Assembly: GCA_965243395.1 (NCBI GenBank)
Contig: CBDEUS010000002.1
Span: forward strand, 1,235,314 to 1,299,313
Direction of reading: 5' to 3'
Source: Gammaproteobacteria bacterium
GTDB taxonomy: Bacteria > Pseudomonadota > Gammaproteobacteria > UBA4575
DNA length: 64,000 nucleotides
Within the stretch, counting starts at the first letter, position 1. Each line of letters starts with the position of its first letter. The translations under genes and the position numbers were made by a program. A model generated the notes under the pieces. The model did not search any database. It saw only the letters and a list, made by a program, of their open reading frames with translations, and was not told where the DNA came from. Shown in pieces: positions 33,785 to 46,256 of this stretch.

Positions 33785-34452
33785 TGCAATTCATTCTCAT
33801 GTTCTGAGTTCAACATGATTACCTGTTCCAGTGGTTTGTTATCAAAATACACATTTGATGCATTCAGTCTTAATCTCCCTTCACAAAACCATTTCACTGT
33901 TAGTGGGTAGATAATATGTTCTTTCTCTAATACACGCTTGGCAAGGGATTCTGGTGAATCTGATTTCTTAATATTTACTTTTGCTTGAAGAATAAGTGGA
34001 CCTTCGTCTAATTCCGCAGTAACAAAATGTACACTGCAGCCATGCTCGGTATCGTTAGCGTTCAAAGCGCGCTCATGTGTATGTAGTCCTGTATATTTTG
34101 GAAGTAAAGACGGATGAATATTAAAGACTTTGCCTTGATATTCATTAATGAAATAAGGGCTCAATATACGCATAAATCCTGCTAAAACGATTAGCTTAAT
34201 GTTATAGACTTTGAGGGTCTTTATGAGTTCCCTGTCAAATTTTTCACGTGTAGCAAAATTGTTATGTTCAATGATATGTGTAGCGATATTGGCTTCTTTA
34301 GCGCGTAACAGACCATACGCATTTGGATTGTTACTGATCACACAAGCAATGGACGCATCAATATGTCCTTGCTGTATATGATCGATTATAGATTGCAGAT
34401 TACTACCACTGCCTGAAATAAGAACAGCTATCTGGCATGAAGTTTTGGACAC
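33781..34452 (-). CDS. purN: Phosphoribosylglycinamide formyltransferase
   Basis: LISGSGSNLQ, LAGFMRIL, NIHPSLLP, ELDEGP. Confidence 0.97.
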   Translation of the reverse strand: MSKTSCQIAVLISGSGSNLQSIIDHIQQGHIDASIACVISNNPNAYGLLRAKEANIATHIIEHNNFATREKFDRELIKTLKVYNIKLIVLAGFMRILSPYFINEYQGKVFNIHPSLLPKYTGLHTHERALNANDTEHGCSVHFVTAELDEGPLILQAKVNIKKSDSPESLAKRVLEKEHIIYPLTVKWFCEGRLRLNASNVYFDNKPLEQVIMLNSEHENELQ

Positions 34453-34463
34453 AGGGTTACAAT

Positions 34464-35489
34464 TTAAAGTAATTCTATCTTTTGATTTGAAGAAGAGTTT
34501 TTAATTTCACCAATCTGAATAGCTTGATGGTTATTTTGTTTGCATAGGCTAATGACTTCTGAGGCTTGCTCTTGAGGAAGCATGATTAACATGCCCATAC
34601 CGCAGTTAAAGACGCGTAACATTTCAGATTCTTCCACTTGCCCTATATTCTGTAACCAATTAAATATTGCAGGACGTTGCCAACTTTGGCTATTTATTTG
34701 TGCGCAGTAGCCCTCCGGCACAACGCGTGGGACATTTTCAATTAAGCCACCGCCAGTGATATGGCACAAACCATGAACAGTAAAGTTTTCTAAAATTTTT
34801 AATATGACATTCACATAAACAATTGTCGGCTCCAGCAATAAGTCTCCCAAACTTTTGTTCTCGATTTTTTCGTCCAATGAAATGTTCATAGTTTCAATTA
34901 TCTTATTGACTAGTGAAAAGCCGTTTGAATGAATGCCGCTGGAAGGAAGGCCAATAATGACATCTTTGTCATTAATCATACTTCCGTCAATAAGCTGATC
35001 GCGTTCAACAACGCCTACGCAAAATCCAGCCAGATCATATTCCCCTGCATCATACATACCTGGCATTTCTGCAGTTTCACCGCCAATTAATGCTGCTCCA
35101 GACTGTCGGCACCCTTCCGCGATACCTTCTATTACGGTTTGTGCTTCTTGGACGGAGAGCTTACCGGTAGCAAAGTAATCTAAAAAAAATAGCGGTTCAG
35201 CTCCTTGCACAATTACGTCATTAACGCACATAGCGACTAAATCAATTCCGATCGAAGCATGTTTACTTAATTTTTGAGCGAGGCGCAGTTTGGTACCGAC
35301 ACCATCGGTACCGGATACAAGTATAGGTTGGCTGTATTTTTCGGCTTGTAAGGCAAATAACCCACCGAAGCCGCCAATACCTGATAGAACCTCTGGACGG
35401 TGGGTAGTCCGAATAGCAGGTTTAATAAGATCAACAAGTTGGTTGCCTGCATCAATATCGACACCGGCTTTTTTGTAATCAAGGCCCAT
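34464..35489 (-). CDS. purM: AIR synthetase (phosphoribosylformylglycinamidine cyclo-ligase)
   Basis: [31 protein letters not shown]. Confidence 0.97.
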   Translation of the reverse strand: MGLDYKKAGVDIDAGNQLVDLIKPAIRTTHRPEVLSGIGGFGGLFALQAEKYSQPILVSGTDGVGTKLRLAQKLSKHASIGIDLVAMCVNDVIVQGAEPLFFLDYFATGKLSVQEAQTVIEGIAEGCRQSGAALIGGETAEMPGMYDAGEYDLAGFCVGVVERDQLIDGSMINDKDVIIGLPSSGIHSNGFSLVNKIIETMNISLDEKIENKSLGDLLLEPTIVYVNVILKILENFTVHGLCHITGGGLIENVPRVVPEGYCAQINSQSWQRPAIFNWLQNIGQVEESEMLRVFNCGMGMLIMLPQEQASEVISLCKQNNHQAIQIGEIKNSSSNQKIELL

Positions 35490-35695
35490 TTATTTATCTA
35501 AATTAAGTTTATAAGGTAACTAATTGATATTTATCAAGTGCGATAAAGTAATTACATGGAATACATCGCTAATTTGCGATTTAAATTGCTTCATAATACG
35601 GTTACTTATACCATCTAAAAGATACTAATAATAAGCATTTTAATAGTGGATGGAGTGGGGCTTTATTGTAATCCACTGAGGAGTCTAGACATAGC

Positions 35696-36253
35696 ATGTC
35701 TTATTGGAGATATATACCAAACTTGATTACGTTGATGCGCTTTGCAGCAGTGCCTTTGCTTGTTTGGTGGTTAATTGATAATCAATTTTATAATGCACTT
35801 TTATTATGTTTACTCATGGGTTTATCTGATGCCTTGGATGGATTTTTAGCTAAGACTTTTAACTGGAAAACCACCTTAGGGTCTTATCTAGATCCTGCTG
35901 CGGATAAAGTGATGCTGATTAGTGCATATATCGCCTTAGGTGCACTTCATCTACTTCCTCACTGGCTAGTATTCATTGTCATCATGCGCGATGTTGCGTT
36001 GCTTGCAGGTGCGGTGTCATATGTATCAATGACTAGGCGCCTGGAAATCGAGCCGAGCCTAATAAGTAAATTCAACACGTTTAGTCAAATTATCTTGGTG
36101 CTTGCAGTAGTCTATAGCCAAATAAATGCATTCCCATCTATTATTATTCAAACATTAATAGGTATTACCTTATTTACTACAATTGCTAGTGGTTATGACT
36201 ATCTGGCGGAAGAGCGCTCTAGACGTGCGAGGCATTCCGGCAAACAAGCATAA
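35696..36253 (+). CDS. CDP-alcohol phosphatidyltransferase family protein
   Basis: IPNLIT..R and SDALDG.LA...G..LDP.ADK family motif. Confidence 0.9.
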   Translation: MSYWRYIPNLITLMRFAAVPLLVWWLIDNQFYNALLLCLLMGLSDALDGFLAKTFNWKTTLGSYLDPAADKVMLISAYIALGALHLLPHWLVFIVIMRDVALLAGAVSYVSMTRRLEIEPSLISKFNTFSQIILVLAVVYSQINAFPSIIIQTLIGITLFTTIASGYDYLAEERSRRARHSGKQA

Positions 36254-36289
36254 TTCAGATATTTTTTTCTCTAATTTCTGGTTAATCAA

Positions 36290-37021
36290 ATGGCGACTTC
36301 CTGTCTGCAGAAACCTACTCAGTATTTATTAGATATTGCTCTACCAAAGTTTGCTACCTTTGATACATTTGTAGATGCCTGTGACGGTCAATTGTCATCA
36401 GCACTTCAGCAGTTAACACAAACTTTGCCTACTGCATTGGATGAAACTCAACAATTCTTTTTATGGGGTGTTGCTAATACTGGCAAAACTCATTTACTGC
36501 AAGCAATTTGTAATCAGTCAGCGTTGACACAACAAAAATCTGTTTATTTACCCATGCGTGAGCTAGAAAAATTGGATGCAAATATATTAGAAGAAATGCA
36601 CCAGTTTGATATCGTTTGTATCGACGATGTAGAAATTGTTTTAGGAAGGAAACAGTGGGATAGAGCCTTATTTAATTTAATTAATGAGCTCCGCGATGAA
36701 AATAAAAATCTTGTGATAACTTCAAGTTATAATCCGAATGACATAAAAGTTAGCTTTAATGACTTGGCTTCGAGATTAGTTTGGGGACAAGTATATAAAC
36801 TGAACTTACTAAGTGATGATGAGAAGGCAATAGCAATTCAATTACATGCTAAAGCGCGTGGTTTAGAAGTTTCACAAGAGGTATGTAGCTATTTGCTTAA
36901 ACGTTACCCACGCGAACTTGATAAGCTAATAGGGTTTTTAGACGAACTGGATAAGCAATCGATGATTCAACAAAGAAAGGTCACTGTCCCATTTGTAAAG
37001 ACTGTTTTGCAGGATAATTGA
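36290..37021 (+). CDS. hda: DnaA regulatory inactivator Hda
   Basis: N-terminal Q.LL clamp-binding-like motif, WG...TGKTHLL Walker A, CIDD, DLASRL, RKVTVPFVK. Confidence 0.93.
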   Translation: MATSCLQKPTQYLLDIALPKFATFDTFVDACDGQLSSALQQLTQTLPTALDETQQFFLWGVANTGKTHLLQAICNQSALTQQKSVYLPMRELEKLDANILEEMHQFDIVCIDDVEIVLGRKQWDRALFNLINELRDENKNLVITSSYNPNDIKVSFNDLASRLVWGQVYKLNLLSDDEKAIAIQLHAKARGLEVSQEVCSYLLKRYPRELDKLIGFLDELDKQSMIQQRKVTVPFVKTVLQDN

Positions 37022-37035
37022 ATTTTAAATTTCGT

Positions 37036-37967
<932 letters not shown>

Positions 37968-38083
37968 TGCTTCTTATTATCCTCAAAGATTCTAGTTATA
38001 TTTATCCGCTAGTATATTGGATAATCATTACAAATATAAGAAAAGCCAAGCATACATATACTAAATAGACATATATATTTAAT

Positions 38084-38383
38084 ATGAATATAGGTGAAAA
38101 TATAATCTCGGTTAGATGTATTGTTTCAGGCAAAGTGCAAGGTGTGTTTTTCCGTGCATCTACCCGTGATCGAGCTTTACAACTCAATATAAGAGGTTAT
38201 GCAAAAAACTTAAGTAGTGGAGAAGTCGAAGTCATTGCGTGTGGTAATAAGGATGCCATCGAGCAATTAAAGCAATGGCTAAAATGTGGTCCTAAATATG
38301 CCAAAGTTGAAAATATTGACTGCAAAGTCATTAGTATTCAAGAAATAGAAAATATAGATTTAAATAACTTTAAAGTGTTGTAA
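38084..38383 (+). CDS. acyP: Acylphosphatase
   Basis: [27 protein letters not shown]. Confidence 0.92.
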   Translation: MNIGENIISVRCIVSGKVQGVFFRASTRDRALQLNIRGYAKNLSSGEVEVIACGNKDAIEQLKQWLKCGPKYAKVENIDCKVISIQEIENIDLNNFKVL

Positions 38384-38385
38384 AT

Positions 38386-38769
38386 ATGCCGATTTACGAA
38401 TATCAGTGCCAAGCCTGTGGAGCGGTGCATGAAGAACTACAAAAAATTAGTGATCCTCCATTAAAGAAATGCCCTTATTGTGGAGAACTTAAATTAAAAA
38501 AATTAATTTCAGCACCAAGCTTTCGTTTAAGCGGTACAGGCTGGTATGAAACTGACTTTAAATCGGACAAAGATAAACAACGAAACTTGAGTACAAAGGA
38601 TTCAGAAAGCGAAGGTCAAAGTAAAGACCAAAGCAAGGATAATAAAAAATCAGACTCTAAAGACAGTAAAAACAAAAAAGATAAATCAGGTTCAGATAAA
38701 GGTAGCGGAAAGACAAAAAACACTAAAAAAAATAAATCTAAAACCAGTTCAAAATCAAAAGAATCCTGA
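38386..38769 (+). CDS. FmdB-family zinc-ribbon protein with K/S/D-rich tail
   Basis: [11 protein letters not shown]...CPYC...GTGWYETDF; upstream of aspS. Confidence 0.9.
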   Translation: MPIYEYQCQACGAVHEELQKISDPPLKKCPYCGELKLKKLISAPSFRLSGTGWYETDFKSDKDKQRNLSTKDSESEGQSKDQSKDNKKSDSKDSKNKKDKSGSDKGSGKTKNTKKNKSKTSSKSKES

Positions 38770-38825
38770 AACTCATCACAATTACTGATTCCGTCAGAAA
38801 AATATACGAATATTAGATACTTCTA

Positions 38826-38854
38826 TTGCATGCCATGAGGTCAAAACGTACTAT
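38826..38854 (+). promoter_or_regulatory. Likely sigma70 promoter for aspS
   Basis: TTGCAT-17 bp-TACTAT, ~30 bp upstream of the aspS ATG, which has an AAGGA RBS. Confidence 0.5.
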
Positions 38855-38885
38855 TCGCCGCTTGATACTATGTATAAGGTAAGGA

Positions 38886-40664
38886 ATGAGATCTCACTAT
38901 TGCGGACAAGTCACAGAAGAGCTGATTGATCAAGAAGTATCGGCTTGCGGTTGGGTCAATAAAAGACGTGACCATGGCGGTGTAATATTTGTCGATTTAC
39001 GTGATCGAGAGGGCATTCTGCAGGTTGTTTTTGATCCCGATACACCTGAAATTTTTTCTATTGCGGAACAAATTCGTAATGAATATGTATTACGTATTAA
39101 AGGACGTGTCCGTAGGCGTCCCGAAGGCACAATTAACCCTGATTTGCCTACCGGTCAAATAGAAGTGCTTGCAAAAGAATTAGAAGTCTTAAATGAATCG
39201 GACACTCCCCCTTTTCAGTTAGACGATGATGATGTACATGAAGAGAACCGCTTGCGATACCGTTATGTTGATTTACGTCGTCCATTCATGCAGGAGCGCA
39301 TTCGTGCAAAAGCAAAAGTGGCAAGTGGTATTCGAAGCTTTTTAGACAGTAATGGCTTTTTAGATATTGAGACTCCTATCTTAACCAAAGCCACTCCGGA
39401 AGGTGCGCGCGACTATTTAGTTCCAAGCCGTACGCAACCAGGTTCATTCTTCGCGCTACCTCAATCCCCGCAGCTTTTTAAGCAATTGTTAATGATGAGT
39501 GGATTCGATCGTTACTATCAAATAGTACGTTGCTTTCGTGACGAAGATTTACGTGCAGATCGCCAACCAGAATTTACTCAATTGGATATTGAGACATCTT
39601 TTTTAGACCAAGATGAAATCATGTCGATTATGGAAGACATGATGCGCGAATCATTTAAAGAAAACTGTAACGTTGATCTGGACAATCCATTTCCAAGAAT
39701 GACGTATGCTGAAGCCATGCAGCGTTTTGGCAGCGATAAACCTGATTTGCGTATCCCATTAGAATTTATAGATATCACAGACTTAATGAAGAGTGTTGAG
39801 TTTAAAGTATTTAATGCTCCAGCAAATGACCCTGACAGTCGTGTTGCAATGTTAAAAGTTCCGCAAGGCTCAAAATTATCGCGTAAAGAAATTGATGATT
39901 ACACTGAATATGTAGGTCAATATGGTGCAAAAGGTTTAGCCTACATTAAATGCAATGACGTAAGTGATCTTAAAGAGGGTTTGCAGTCCCCAATATTAAA
40001 ATTCCTACCTGAGGAAATTATTCAACAATTAGTCGAAGTTTCAAAAGTTGATGATGGTGACTTATTATTTTTTGGCGCAGACAAGAAAATAATTGTGAAC
40101 GCCGCTCTTGGTGCTTTGCGCGTAAAAATTGGTCATGATATGAAAATGGTGGAAGAGGGATGGAAACCGTTATGGGTCATTGATTTCCCTATGTTCGAGT
40201 GGGATCAAGATGTAAAACGTTGGTCTGCCTTGCATCATCCGTTTACTGCACCTACATGTAGCGCAGAAGAACTTAAAGCAAATCCTGGTGAAGCTTTATC
40301 AAAAGCCTACGATATGGTACTCAATGGTACCGAAGTGGGGGGTGGTTCTATACGTATACATAAACAAGATATGCAAGCGTCTGTATTTGAAGTGTTAGGA
40401 ATTGAAAAACAAGAAGCAGAAGACAAATTTGGTTTCTTATTAAAAGCGCTTAAGTATGGTGCGCCTCCACATGGTGGAATCGCATTTGGTTTAGATAGGC
40501 TCGTTATGTTAATGACAGGTAGTCAATCGATTCGTGATGTTATTCCATTTCCAAAAACCCAAAATGCAACGTGCTTATTAACCGATGCTCCAGCAGAAGT
40601 AAGCGAAAAACAACTCAAAGAGTTACACATACGCATACGTACTAAGCCTAAACAAGATAGCTAG
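38886..40664 (+). CDS. aspS: Aspartate--tRNA ligase (possibly non-discriminating Asp/Asn type)
   Basis: [49 protein letters not shown]; His in RDHGG is associated with non-discriminating enzymes. Confidence 0.97.
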   Translation: MRSHYCGQVTEELIDQEVSACGWVNKRRDHGGVIFVDLRDREGILQVVFDPDTPEIFSIAEQIRNEYVLRIKGRVRRRPEGTINPDLPTGQIEVLAKELEVLNESDTPPFQLDDDDVHEENRLRYRYVDLRRPFMQERIRAKAKVASGIRSFLDSNGFLDIETPILTKATPEGARDYLVPSRTQPGSFFALPQSPQLFKQLLMMSGFDRYYQIVRCFRDEDLRADRQPEFTQLDIETSFLDQDEIMSIMEDMMRESFKENCNVDLDNPFPRMTYAEAMQRFGSDKPDLRIPLEFIDITDLMKSVEFKVFNAPANDPDSRVAMLKVPQGSKLSRKEIDDYTEYVGQYGAKGLAYIKCNDVSDLKEGLQSPILKFLPEEIIQQLVEVSKVDDGDLLFFGADKKIIVNAALGALRVKIGHDMKMVEEGWKPLWVIDFPMFEWDQDVKRWSALHHPFTAPTCSAEELKANPGEALSKAYDMVLNGTEVGGGSIRIHKQDMQASVFEVLGIEKQEAEDKFGFLLKALKYGAPPHGGIAFGLDRLVMLMTGSQSIRDVIPFPKTQNATCLLTDAPAEVSEKQLKELHIRIRTKPKQDS

Positions 40665-40685
40665 TGTGGCAATAAATTGTAAAGA

Positions 40686-41549
40686 TTATTGATATACGGG
40701 TTCGTTTTCTAATAGTTCACGCACATCAAAAACTGCAGGCTTAGATTGAGTATCTGTATTAGGAACTATTTGTTTTGCTTCTTTAGAATTTGGAAACTGT
40801 TGGACAAGTATGAGTTTATACTGGTCAGCTAGATCGGATTTACCATTGGCATCGTTAATTTGTGCACCTAATAAAAGTGTTTTTGGCGTAGGCTGTGCTA
40901 CTTTCTCATATTCTTGCAGTAATCGATATGCATTATCATAGTTATAATTTCCGTATTGAATTTTTGCAAGCTGATACCAAGGTACGGGTGATTTAGGATT
41001 TATCTTTAAGGCATTACTGAAATATCGAGTTGCTTTGACTTTATCAGGAATTCCTAGCACACAGAGACCGGCATTAGTGTAGGCAACATCTCTTTGATTA
41101 TTTTTAACATTATTAGCTGCTGCTAAGAATAATTTTTCTGCTTCTAAGGGTTTGTCATTTTTACATAAGAAGCTTGCATAATTCGTTTGTGCTGCTGAAT
41201 GATCAGGTTCAAATGATAAAGCACGTTTAAAATATCGCTCAGCTAAATCCAGCTGATTATTTTCTTTATAAATTAGACCGGCCACAGTATAAGCATCCGC
41301 AGATTTTTCATTTAACTGAATCGCTTTTCTCACCGATACAAGTGCTGCATCTAAACGGCCAGCATTCATATACTGTACGGCCTGTACGACATAACCTTCT
41401 TCCTGAGGGGCCTTATTTGTAGGGGTGCTAGCACAAGAGACCATGGCACAGGCCAGCAAAATAAGGATCGATCTGGCTGCAATTCCTTTAGGCAAAAGCA
41501 GAGTTTTAACTGTACACTTTAGTCTAGAAATATTTTCCAAGTGGTTCAT
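40686..41549 (-). CDS. PilW/PilF-like TPR lipoprotein
   Basis: Lipobox-like AMVSC-AS, TPR repeats, TNYASFLC...AYTNAGLC, QFPNSKEA ending typical of the type IV pilus pilotin family; start codon uncertain. Confidence 0.75.
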   Translation of the reverse strand: MNHLENISRLKCTVKTLLLPKGIAARSILILLACAMVSCASTPTNKAPQEEGYVVQAVQYMNAGRLDAALVSVRKAIQLNEKSADAYTVAGLIYKENNQLDLAERYFKRALSFEPDHSAAQTNYASFLCKNDKPLEAEKLFLAAANNVKNNQRDVAYTNAGLCVLGIPDKVKATRYFSNALKINPKSPVPWYQLAKIQYGNYNYDNAYRLLQEYEKVAQPTPKTLLLGAQINDANGKSDLADQYKLILVQQFPNSKEAKQIVPNTDTQSKPAVFDVRELLENEPVYQ

Positions 41550-41574
41550 TAATAAAAATATTTGCGAATGTTAT

Positions 41575-42009
41575 ATGGAATATAAGCGCCCTGAATCAGT
41601 ATTGGTCATTGTATACACACAAGCAAGTGAAGTCTTGATGTTACGCCGTAAGTTTCCAAGCGATTTTTGGCAATCTGTGACAGGTAGCCTCGAATGGGAT
41701 GAAAAACCCATGCAAGCCGCTTTGCGTGAGCTACAAGAGGAAACAGGAATATCTGGGTATGAATTGAAAGACTGTGAATTTTCACAAAATTTCGAGATTT
41801 ATTCGATCTGGCGTGACCGATATGAGCCAGGAGTGACTGAAAATAAAGAACATGTTTTTGTACTTGAGCTACCTGAAAAAATGGATATTAGATTAGACCC
41901 AAGAGAGCATCACGAGTTTATTTGGCTATCTAAGAATAAGGCAATAGAAGTGGCTTTTTCACATACGAATCAGGAAGCAATAGAACGCTGGGTACCCAAC
42001 GCAGGGTAG
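41575..42009 (+). CDS. nudB: Dihydroneopterin triphosphate diphosphatase NudB
   Basis: YKRPESVLV, FWQSVTGSLE, Nudix box AALRELQEETG; start set to ATG 41575. Confidence 0.93.
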   Translation: MEYKRPESVLVIVYTQASEVLMLRRKFPSDFWQSVTGSLEWDEKPMQAALRELQEETGISGYELKDCEFSQNFEIYSIWRDRYEPGVTENKEHVFVLELPEKMDIRLDPREHHEFIWLSKNKAIEVAFSHTNQEAIERWVPNAG

Positions 42010-42061
42010 TTAAATAATGAACTTTTCTGAAATTCATACCATGATAAATTTATTTAAGTAA

Positions 42062-42685
42062 ATGCGTGAAGTTGTTGTTTGTACTCATGGTATTTGGATG
42101 AAAGGTTGGGTAATGCAGCCTATTGCTCATTACCTTCGCAAACACGGACATGATTGTGTTCAGTACTCTTATAAAAGTGTGCGTCGTTCCCCTAGAGAGA
42201 ACGCCTTCTTGTTAGGTAAATTTGTCGATCAACTTGATGCAGATATTGTGCATTTTGTAGCTCACAGTTTAGGAGGGGTGATATTGCTGCATTATTTTGA
42301 TTTATTTGATACCGCCCAGCCCGGGCGTGTCGTTATGCTAGGTTCACCGGTTGCGGGAAGTGGCGTAGCCAGATTTGTTTCAAAAAATAATTTCATGAAA
42401 AATAATATGTTAGGAGCAAGCGCTAAGACTTTACTTGGAAGTGTGCCAAAGTGGAAAGGTACTCACCCTTTGGCAGTTATAGCCGGTACAAAAGGATATG
42501 GTGTTGGCCAAATGTTAGGTGCTCCACTAGATAAACCGAATGATGGAACAGTTGCCGTTTCCGAAACAAAAGTCGATAACTGCACTTTGCATCTTCAAGT
42601 GCCCTACAGCCATACGGGGATGCTGCTATCTAAACATGTAGCGGCTGCAGTAGATTCGTTTATTCGCACCGGTGACTGTCACTAA
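42062..42685 (+). CDS. Small alpha/beta hydrolase (lipase/esterase-like)
   Basis: HG oxyanion motif, AHSLGG nucleophile elbow, NDGTV, SHTGML. Confidence 0.85.
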   Translation: MREVVVCTHGIWMKGWVMQPIAHYLRKHGHDCVQYSYKSVRRSPRENAFLLGKFVDQLDADIVHFVAHSLGGVILLHYFDLFDTAQPGRVVMLGSPVAGSGVARFVSKNNFMKNNMLGASAKTLLGSVPKWKGTHPLAVIAGTKGYGVGQMLGAPLDKPNDGTVAVSETKVDNCTLHLQVPYSHTGMLLSKHVAAAVDSFIRTGDCH

Positions 42686-42794
42686 AGCAACTGCAATTAA
42701 ATGGGCCAAAGTGCTAAAATATGACCGTTCATTTGGGAGTGCTCTAAATGATCTAAGAGCAAGTCATTTAGAGTAATAAACTAGAGGAGTTTCA

Positions 42795-43541
42795 ATGGCC
42801 GGTCATAGTAAATGGGCCAATATTCAGCATCGCAAAAAAGCACAAGATGCGAAGCGCGGTAAATTATTCACCAGACTGATTCGGGAAATTACAGTAGCTG
42901 CACGGATGGGCGGTTCCGATCTCGATTCCAACCCACGATTGCGCTTGGCTGTTGATAAAGGCTTATCCGCTAATATGAACAAAGACACGGTGGATCGTGC
43001 GATCAAGCGTGGCGCAGGTGAGTTGGATGGTGATAATTATGAAGAAGTTCGCTACGAAGGCTATGGTCCGGGAGGGTCAGCGATTTTAGTGGATTGTATG
43101 ACAGATAATCGCAACCGTACGGTTGCAGAAGTGCGTCATGCATTTTCCAAATATAATGGTAATTTAGGTACATCAGGTTCGGTTGCCTATATGTTTTCGA
43201 ATGCTGGAGTCATTCAGTTTGCACCGGGCAGTGATGAAGATGCAATAATGGAAGTGGCACTTGAGTCGGGCGCTGAAGATGTTATTACAGCAGACGATGG
43301 TAGTATCGAAGTATTAGCCACTCCTGATGATTTCATAGTAGTCAAAGATGCATTGGAAGACGCAAACCTCTCTCCCGTGCAAGCAGAAGTCACCATGCGA
43401 GCCAGTAATATGACAGAACTTTCGGATAAAGAAGGTGAAAGCATGTTGAAATTACTCGATGCCTTGGATGAATTAGATGATGTGCAAAACGTTTATTCCA
43501 ATGCAGATATTCCTGAATCCGTTTATGAAGCTGTTGCGTGA
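42795..43541 (+). CDS. yebC: YebC/PmpR family protein
   Basis: [34 protein letters not shown]. Confidence 0.97.
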   Translation: MAGHSKWANIQHRKKAQDAKRGKLFTRLIREITVAARMGGSDLDSNPRLRLAVDKGLSANMNKDTVDRAIKRGAGELDGDNYEEVRYEGYGPGGSAILVDCMTDNRNRTVAEVRHAFSKYNGNLGTSGSVAYMFSNAGVIQFAPGSDEDAIMEVALESGAEDVITADDGSIEVLATPDDFIVVKDALEDANLSPVQAEVTMRASNMTELSDKEGESMLKLLDALDELDDVQNVYSNADIPESVYEAVA

Positions 43542-43563
43542 TAACAGTGAAATAGAGCGTTGA

Positions 43564-44115
43564 ATGCAATACAACGTACCTGATAAAAAAGAAAATACTA
43601 TTCGTATTCTAGGGATTGATCCTGGATTACAAGTTACAGGTTTTGGGATCATTGAAAGTGATGGTCGTACCAGTCATTACATTCACAGTGCTAATATCAA
43701 AGCAAAAAATGTTAAGGATGATGTAACGATTCCTCATCGACTGGGCATAATCTTTAGCAAGTTAAGTGAAGCGATAGAACAGTATCAACCTGATGAAGTT
43801 GCAGTAGAAGAAGTTTTTATTAATAAAAACGCATCTTCTTCATTAAAACTTGGGCATGCGCGTGGTGCTGCAATTTGTGCAGCGGTACATCATCATATAC
43901 CTGTCAGCGAATACAGTGCACGATCGGTTAAGCAAGCTGTAGTCGGAAATGGTGCAGCTAACAAGGACCAAATTCAACATATGGTTTTGCGTTTATTGGC
44001 ATTGCGCGGCAAATTACAAGCTGATGAGGCAGATGCATTAGCCGTGTGCTTATGTCATGCGCATACAGCTTTATTGTTGAACAGCAAACGTGAGCATGCT
44101 GGAGTTTACGCATGA
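43564..44115 (+). CDS. ruvC: Crossover junction endodeoxyribonuclease RuvC
   Basis: ILGIDPG, AVEEVF, LKLGHARG, DEADALA. Confidence 0.96.
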   Translation: MQYNVPDKKENTIRILGIDPGLQVTGFGIIESDGRTSHYIHSANIKAKNVKDDVTIPHRLGIIFSKLSEAIEQYQPDEVAVEEVFINKNASSSLKLGHARGAAICAAVHHHIPVSEYSARSVKQAVVGNGAANKDQIQHMVLRLLALRGKLQADEADALAVCLCHAHTALLLNSKREHAGVYA

Positions 44116-44723
44116 TTGGGCGTTTACAAGGTGAAATTATTGAAAAGCAAGCACCCTATCTATTGTTAGATGTCAAAGGGGTGGGCTATGAGCTTGAAGC
44201 ACCAATGTCTACGTTTTATGAATTACCCGACTGTGGCGAAACGGTAATGTTGCATACGCATTTACTTGTGCGTGAGGATGCACACATTCTTTATGCTTTC
44301 AAGCAAGTGCGTGACCGCAGCTTATTTCGCAATTTACTAAAAGTGAATGGAGTAGGGGCTAAAATGGCATTAGCGATTTTGTCAGGCATGGATGCAAACT
44401 CTTTTTCACAATGCATTATTCATGGAGATGTTGATTCACTCGTACGCATTCCTGGTGTAGGTAAAAAAACAGCAGAACGTTTAATTTTAGATATGCAAGA
44501 TCGACTTGATAAAGAAATGACAACGCAGGGAGCAAACAACGGTAAAACATCAAATGGATTAAATGGTCAGGCTAAACAAGATCCCATTGCGGATGCAGTT
44601 TCAGCATTAGTATCTTTAGGATATAAACCTAATGAGGCTAGTCGCATGGTAAGTAGCATTGATGCTAAAAATCAAAATAGTGAAGATATTATTCGATTAG
44701 CTTTAAAATCCAGTTTTTCATAA
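44112..44723 (+). CDS. ruvA: Holliday junction DNA helicase RuvA
   Basis: GVGYE, VREDA, HhH motifs VNGVGAKMA and IPGVGKKTAER. Confidence 0.97.
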   Translation: MIGRLQGEIIEKQAPYLLLDVKGVGYELEAPMSTFYELPDCGETVMLHTHLLVREDAHILYAFKQVRDRSLFRNLLKVNGVGAKMALAILSGMDANSFSQCIIHGDVDSLVRIPGVGKKTAERLILDMQDRLDKEMTTQGANNGKTSNGLNGQAKQDPIADAVSALVSLGYKPNEASRMVSSIDAKNQNSEDIIRLALKSSFS

Positions 44724-44732
44724 GAGTAAAGT

Positions 44733-45818
44733 ATGGTAAGTGCAACAACGGAAATTGAAGAATCACGCATTGTCGACACACATGTAGAAAAAGACGAAGC
44801 AGTTTTAGAAAACACAATTCGGCCTCATCAACTTAATGAATATATTGGGCAGTCTAAAGTACGCGAGCAAATGGAAATATTTATTTCCGCTGCCAAGCAG
44901 CGTCAGGAAGCTTTAGACCATGTGCTCATTTTTGGTCCTCCAGGTTTAGGTAAAACAACACTCTCGCATATAGTTGCAAATGAAATGCAAGTAAGTTTGC
45001 GCCACACCTCAGGGCCTGTTTTAGAGCGACCGGGTGATTTAGCTGCTATTCTTACAAATTTAGAACCGCATGATGTGTTGTTCGTAGATGAAATTCATCG
45101 TTTGAGTCCTGTTGTTGAGGAAGTGTTGTATCCTGCAATGGAAGATTTTCAGTTAGACATTGTCATTGGCGAAGGACCAGCTGCACGTTCAATTAAATTA
45201 GATCTTCCTCCGTTTACATTAGTCGGTGCGACTACGCGAGCAGGTTTGCTTACATCGCCTTTGCGTGATCGTTTTGGAATCGTGCAACGCCTTGAGTTTT
45301 ATAATACTGAAGAGCTTTCCAGAATTGTTTTACGTTCAGCGAATATTTTAAATGTTCAAATTAATGATGATGGTGCCATGCAAATTGCAAAACGCTCTCG
45401 TGGGACCCCGCGAATAGCAAATCGTTTGTTAAGACGTGTGCGAGATTATGCACAAGTTAAATCCAATGGAGTTGTGACAAGTAAAATTGCTGATGCCGCA
45501 TTAGATATGCTAAGTGTGGATGAACACGGATTCGATAATATGGATAGGCGCTTATTATTGGCGATAATCGAAAAGTTTGAAGGAGGGCCTGTTGGGGTTG
45601 ATAGTCTAGCTGCAGCAATTGGTGAAGAGCGTGGCACCATTGAAGATGTGATAGAACCATTTTTGATTTTAAAAGGCTTCATGATGCGTACACCAAGAGG
45701 CAGAGTTGCAACTGGAAATGCATACCGCCATTTTGGAATTAAAATTCCTCAACACAATCTAGCTTCTGCCGCGGAAGCAGAAACGAGCGAAGATTTGTTC
45801 TCAGAGACGACTCAATAA
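44733..45818 (+). CDS. ruvB: Holliday junction DNA helicase RuvB
   Basis: [31 protein letters not shown]. Confidence 0.98.
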   Translation: MVSATTEIEESRIVDTHVEKDEAVLENTIRPHQLNEYIGQSKVREQMEIFISAAKQRQEALDHVLIFGPPGLGKTTLSHIVANEMQVSLRHTSGPVLERPGDLAAILTNLEPHDVLFVDEIHRLSPVVEEVLYPAMEDFQLDIVIGEGPAARSIKLDLPPFTLVGATTRAGLLTSPLRDRFGIVQRLEFYNTEELSRIVLRSANILNVQINDDGAMQIAKRSRGTPRIANRLLRRVRDYAQVKSNGVVTSKIADAALDMLSVDEHGFDNMDRRLLLAIIEKFEGGPVGVDSLAAAIGEERGTIEDVIEPFLILKGFMMRTPRGRVATGNAYRHFGIKIPQHNLASAAEAETSEDLFSETTQ

Positions 45819-45833
45819 GTTTATTTACTAACG

Positions 45834-46256
45834 ATGTTTGTGTGGCAAACACGGGTCTACTACGAAGACACCGATGCAGGTGGAGTGGTGTACTACGCGA
45901 ATTACCTGAAATACATGGAACGTGCTCGTACCGAATGGCTACGTGCTTTGGGGGTTGAACAAGATACTTTAAGAAAGGAACTGAACGTTTTGTTTGCAGT
46001 ACGGTCTGTAAGCATAGAATATAAAAAGCCAGCAAGGTTTAATGACTCATTAGAGGTTAGTGTAATACCACATGAACTAAAGCCAGCAAGCATTTCGTTT
46101 AAACAAGACATCACACAAGAAAACGATACAGAGACTTTGTATACAAGCAGTGAAGTAAACGTGGTGTGTTTGAACGCCAATGATTTTTCGCCTTGTGCGA
46201 TACCAAAAACATTACATAAAACAATCAAAATAGGGGATATAAAGAATGCAAACTGA
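45834..46256 (+). CDS. ybgC: Tol-pal associated acyl-CoA thioesterase YbgC
   Basis: RVYYEDTDAGGVVYYANYL..MERARTE. Confidence 0.95.
   Translation: MFVWQTRVYYEDTDAGGVVYYANYLKYMERARTEWLRALGVEQDTLRKELNVLFAVRSVSIEYKKPARFNDSLEVSVIPHELKPASISFKQDITQENDTETLYTSSEVNVVCLNANDFSPCAIPKTLHKTIKIGDIKNAN

Noticed and set aside
41425-41574. 50-aa N-terminal extension of nudB in the ORF track
   Set aside because: Overlaps the opposite-strand TPR gene; NudB similarity starts at MEYKRPES (41575).
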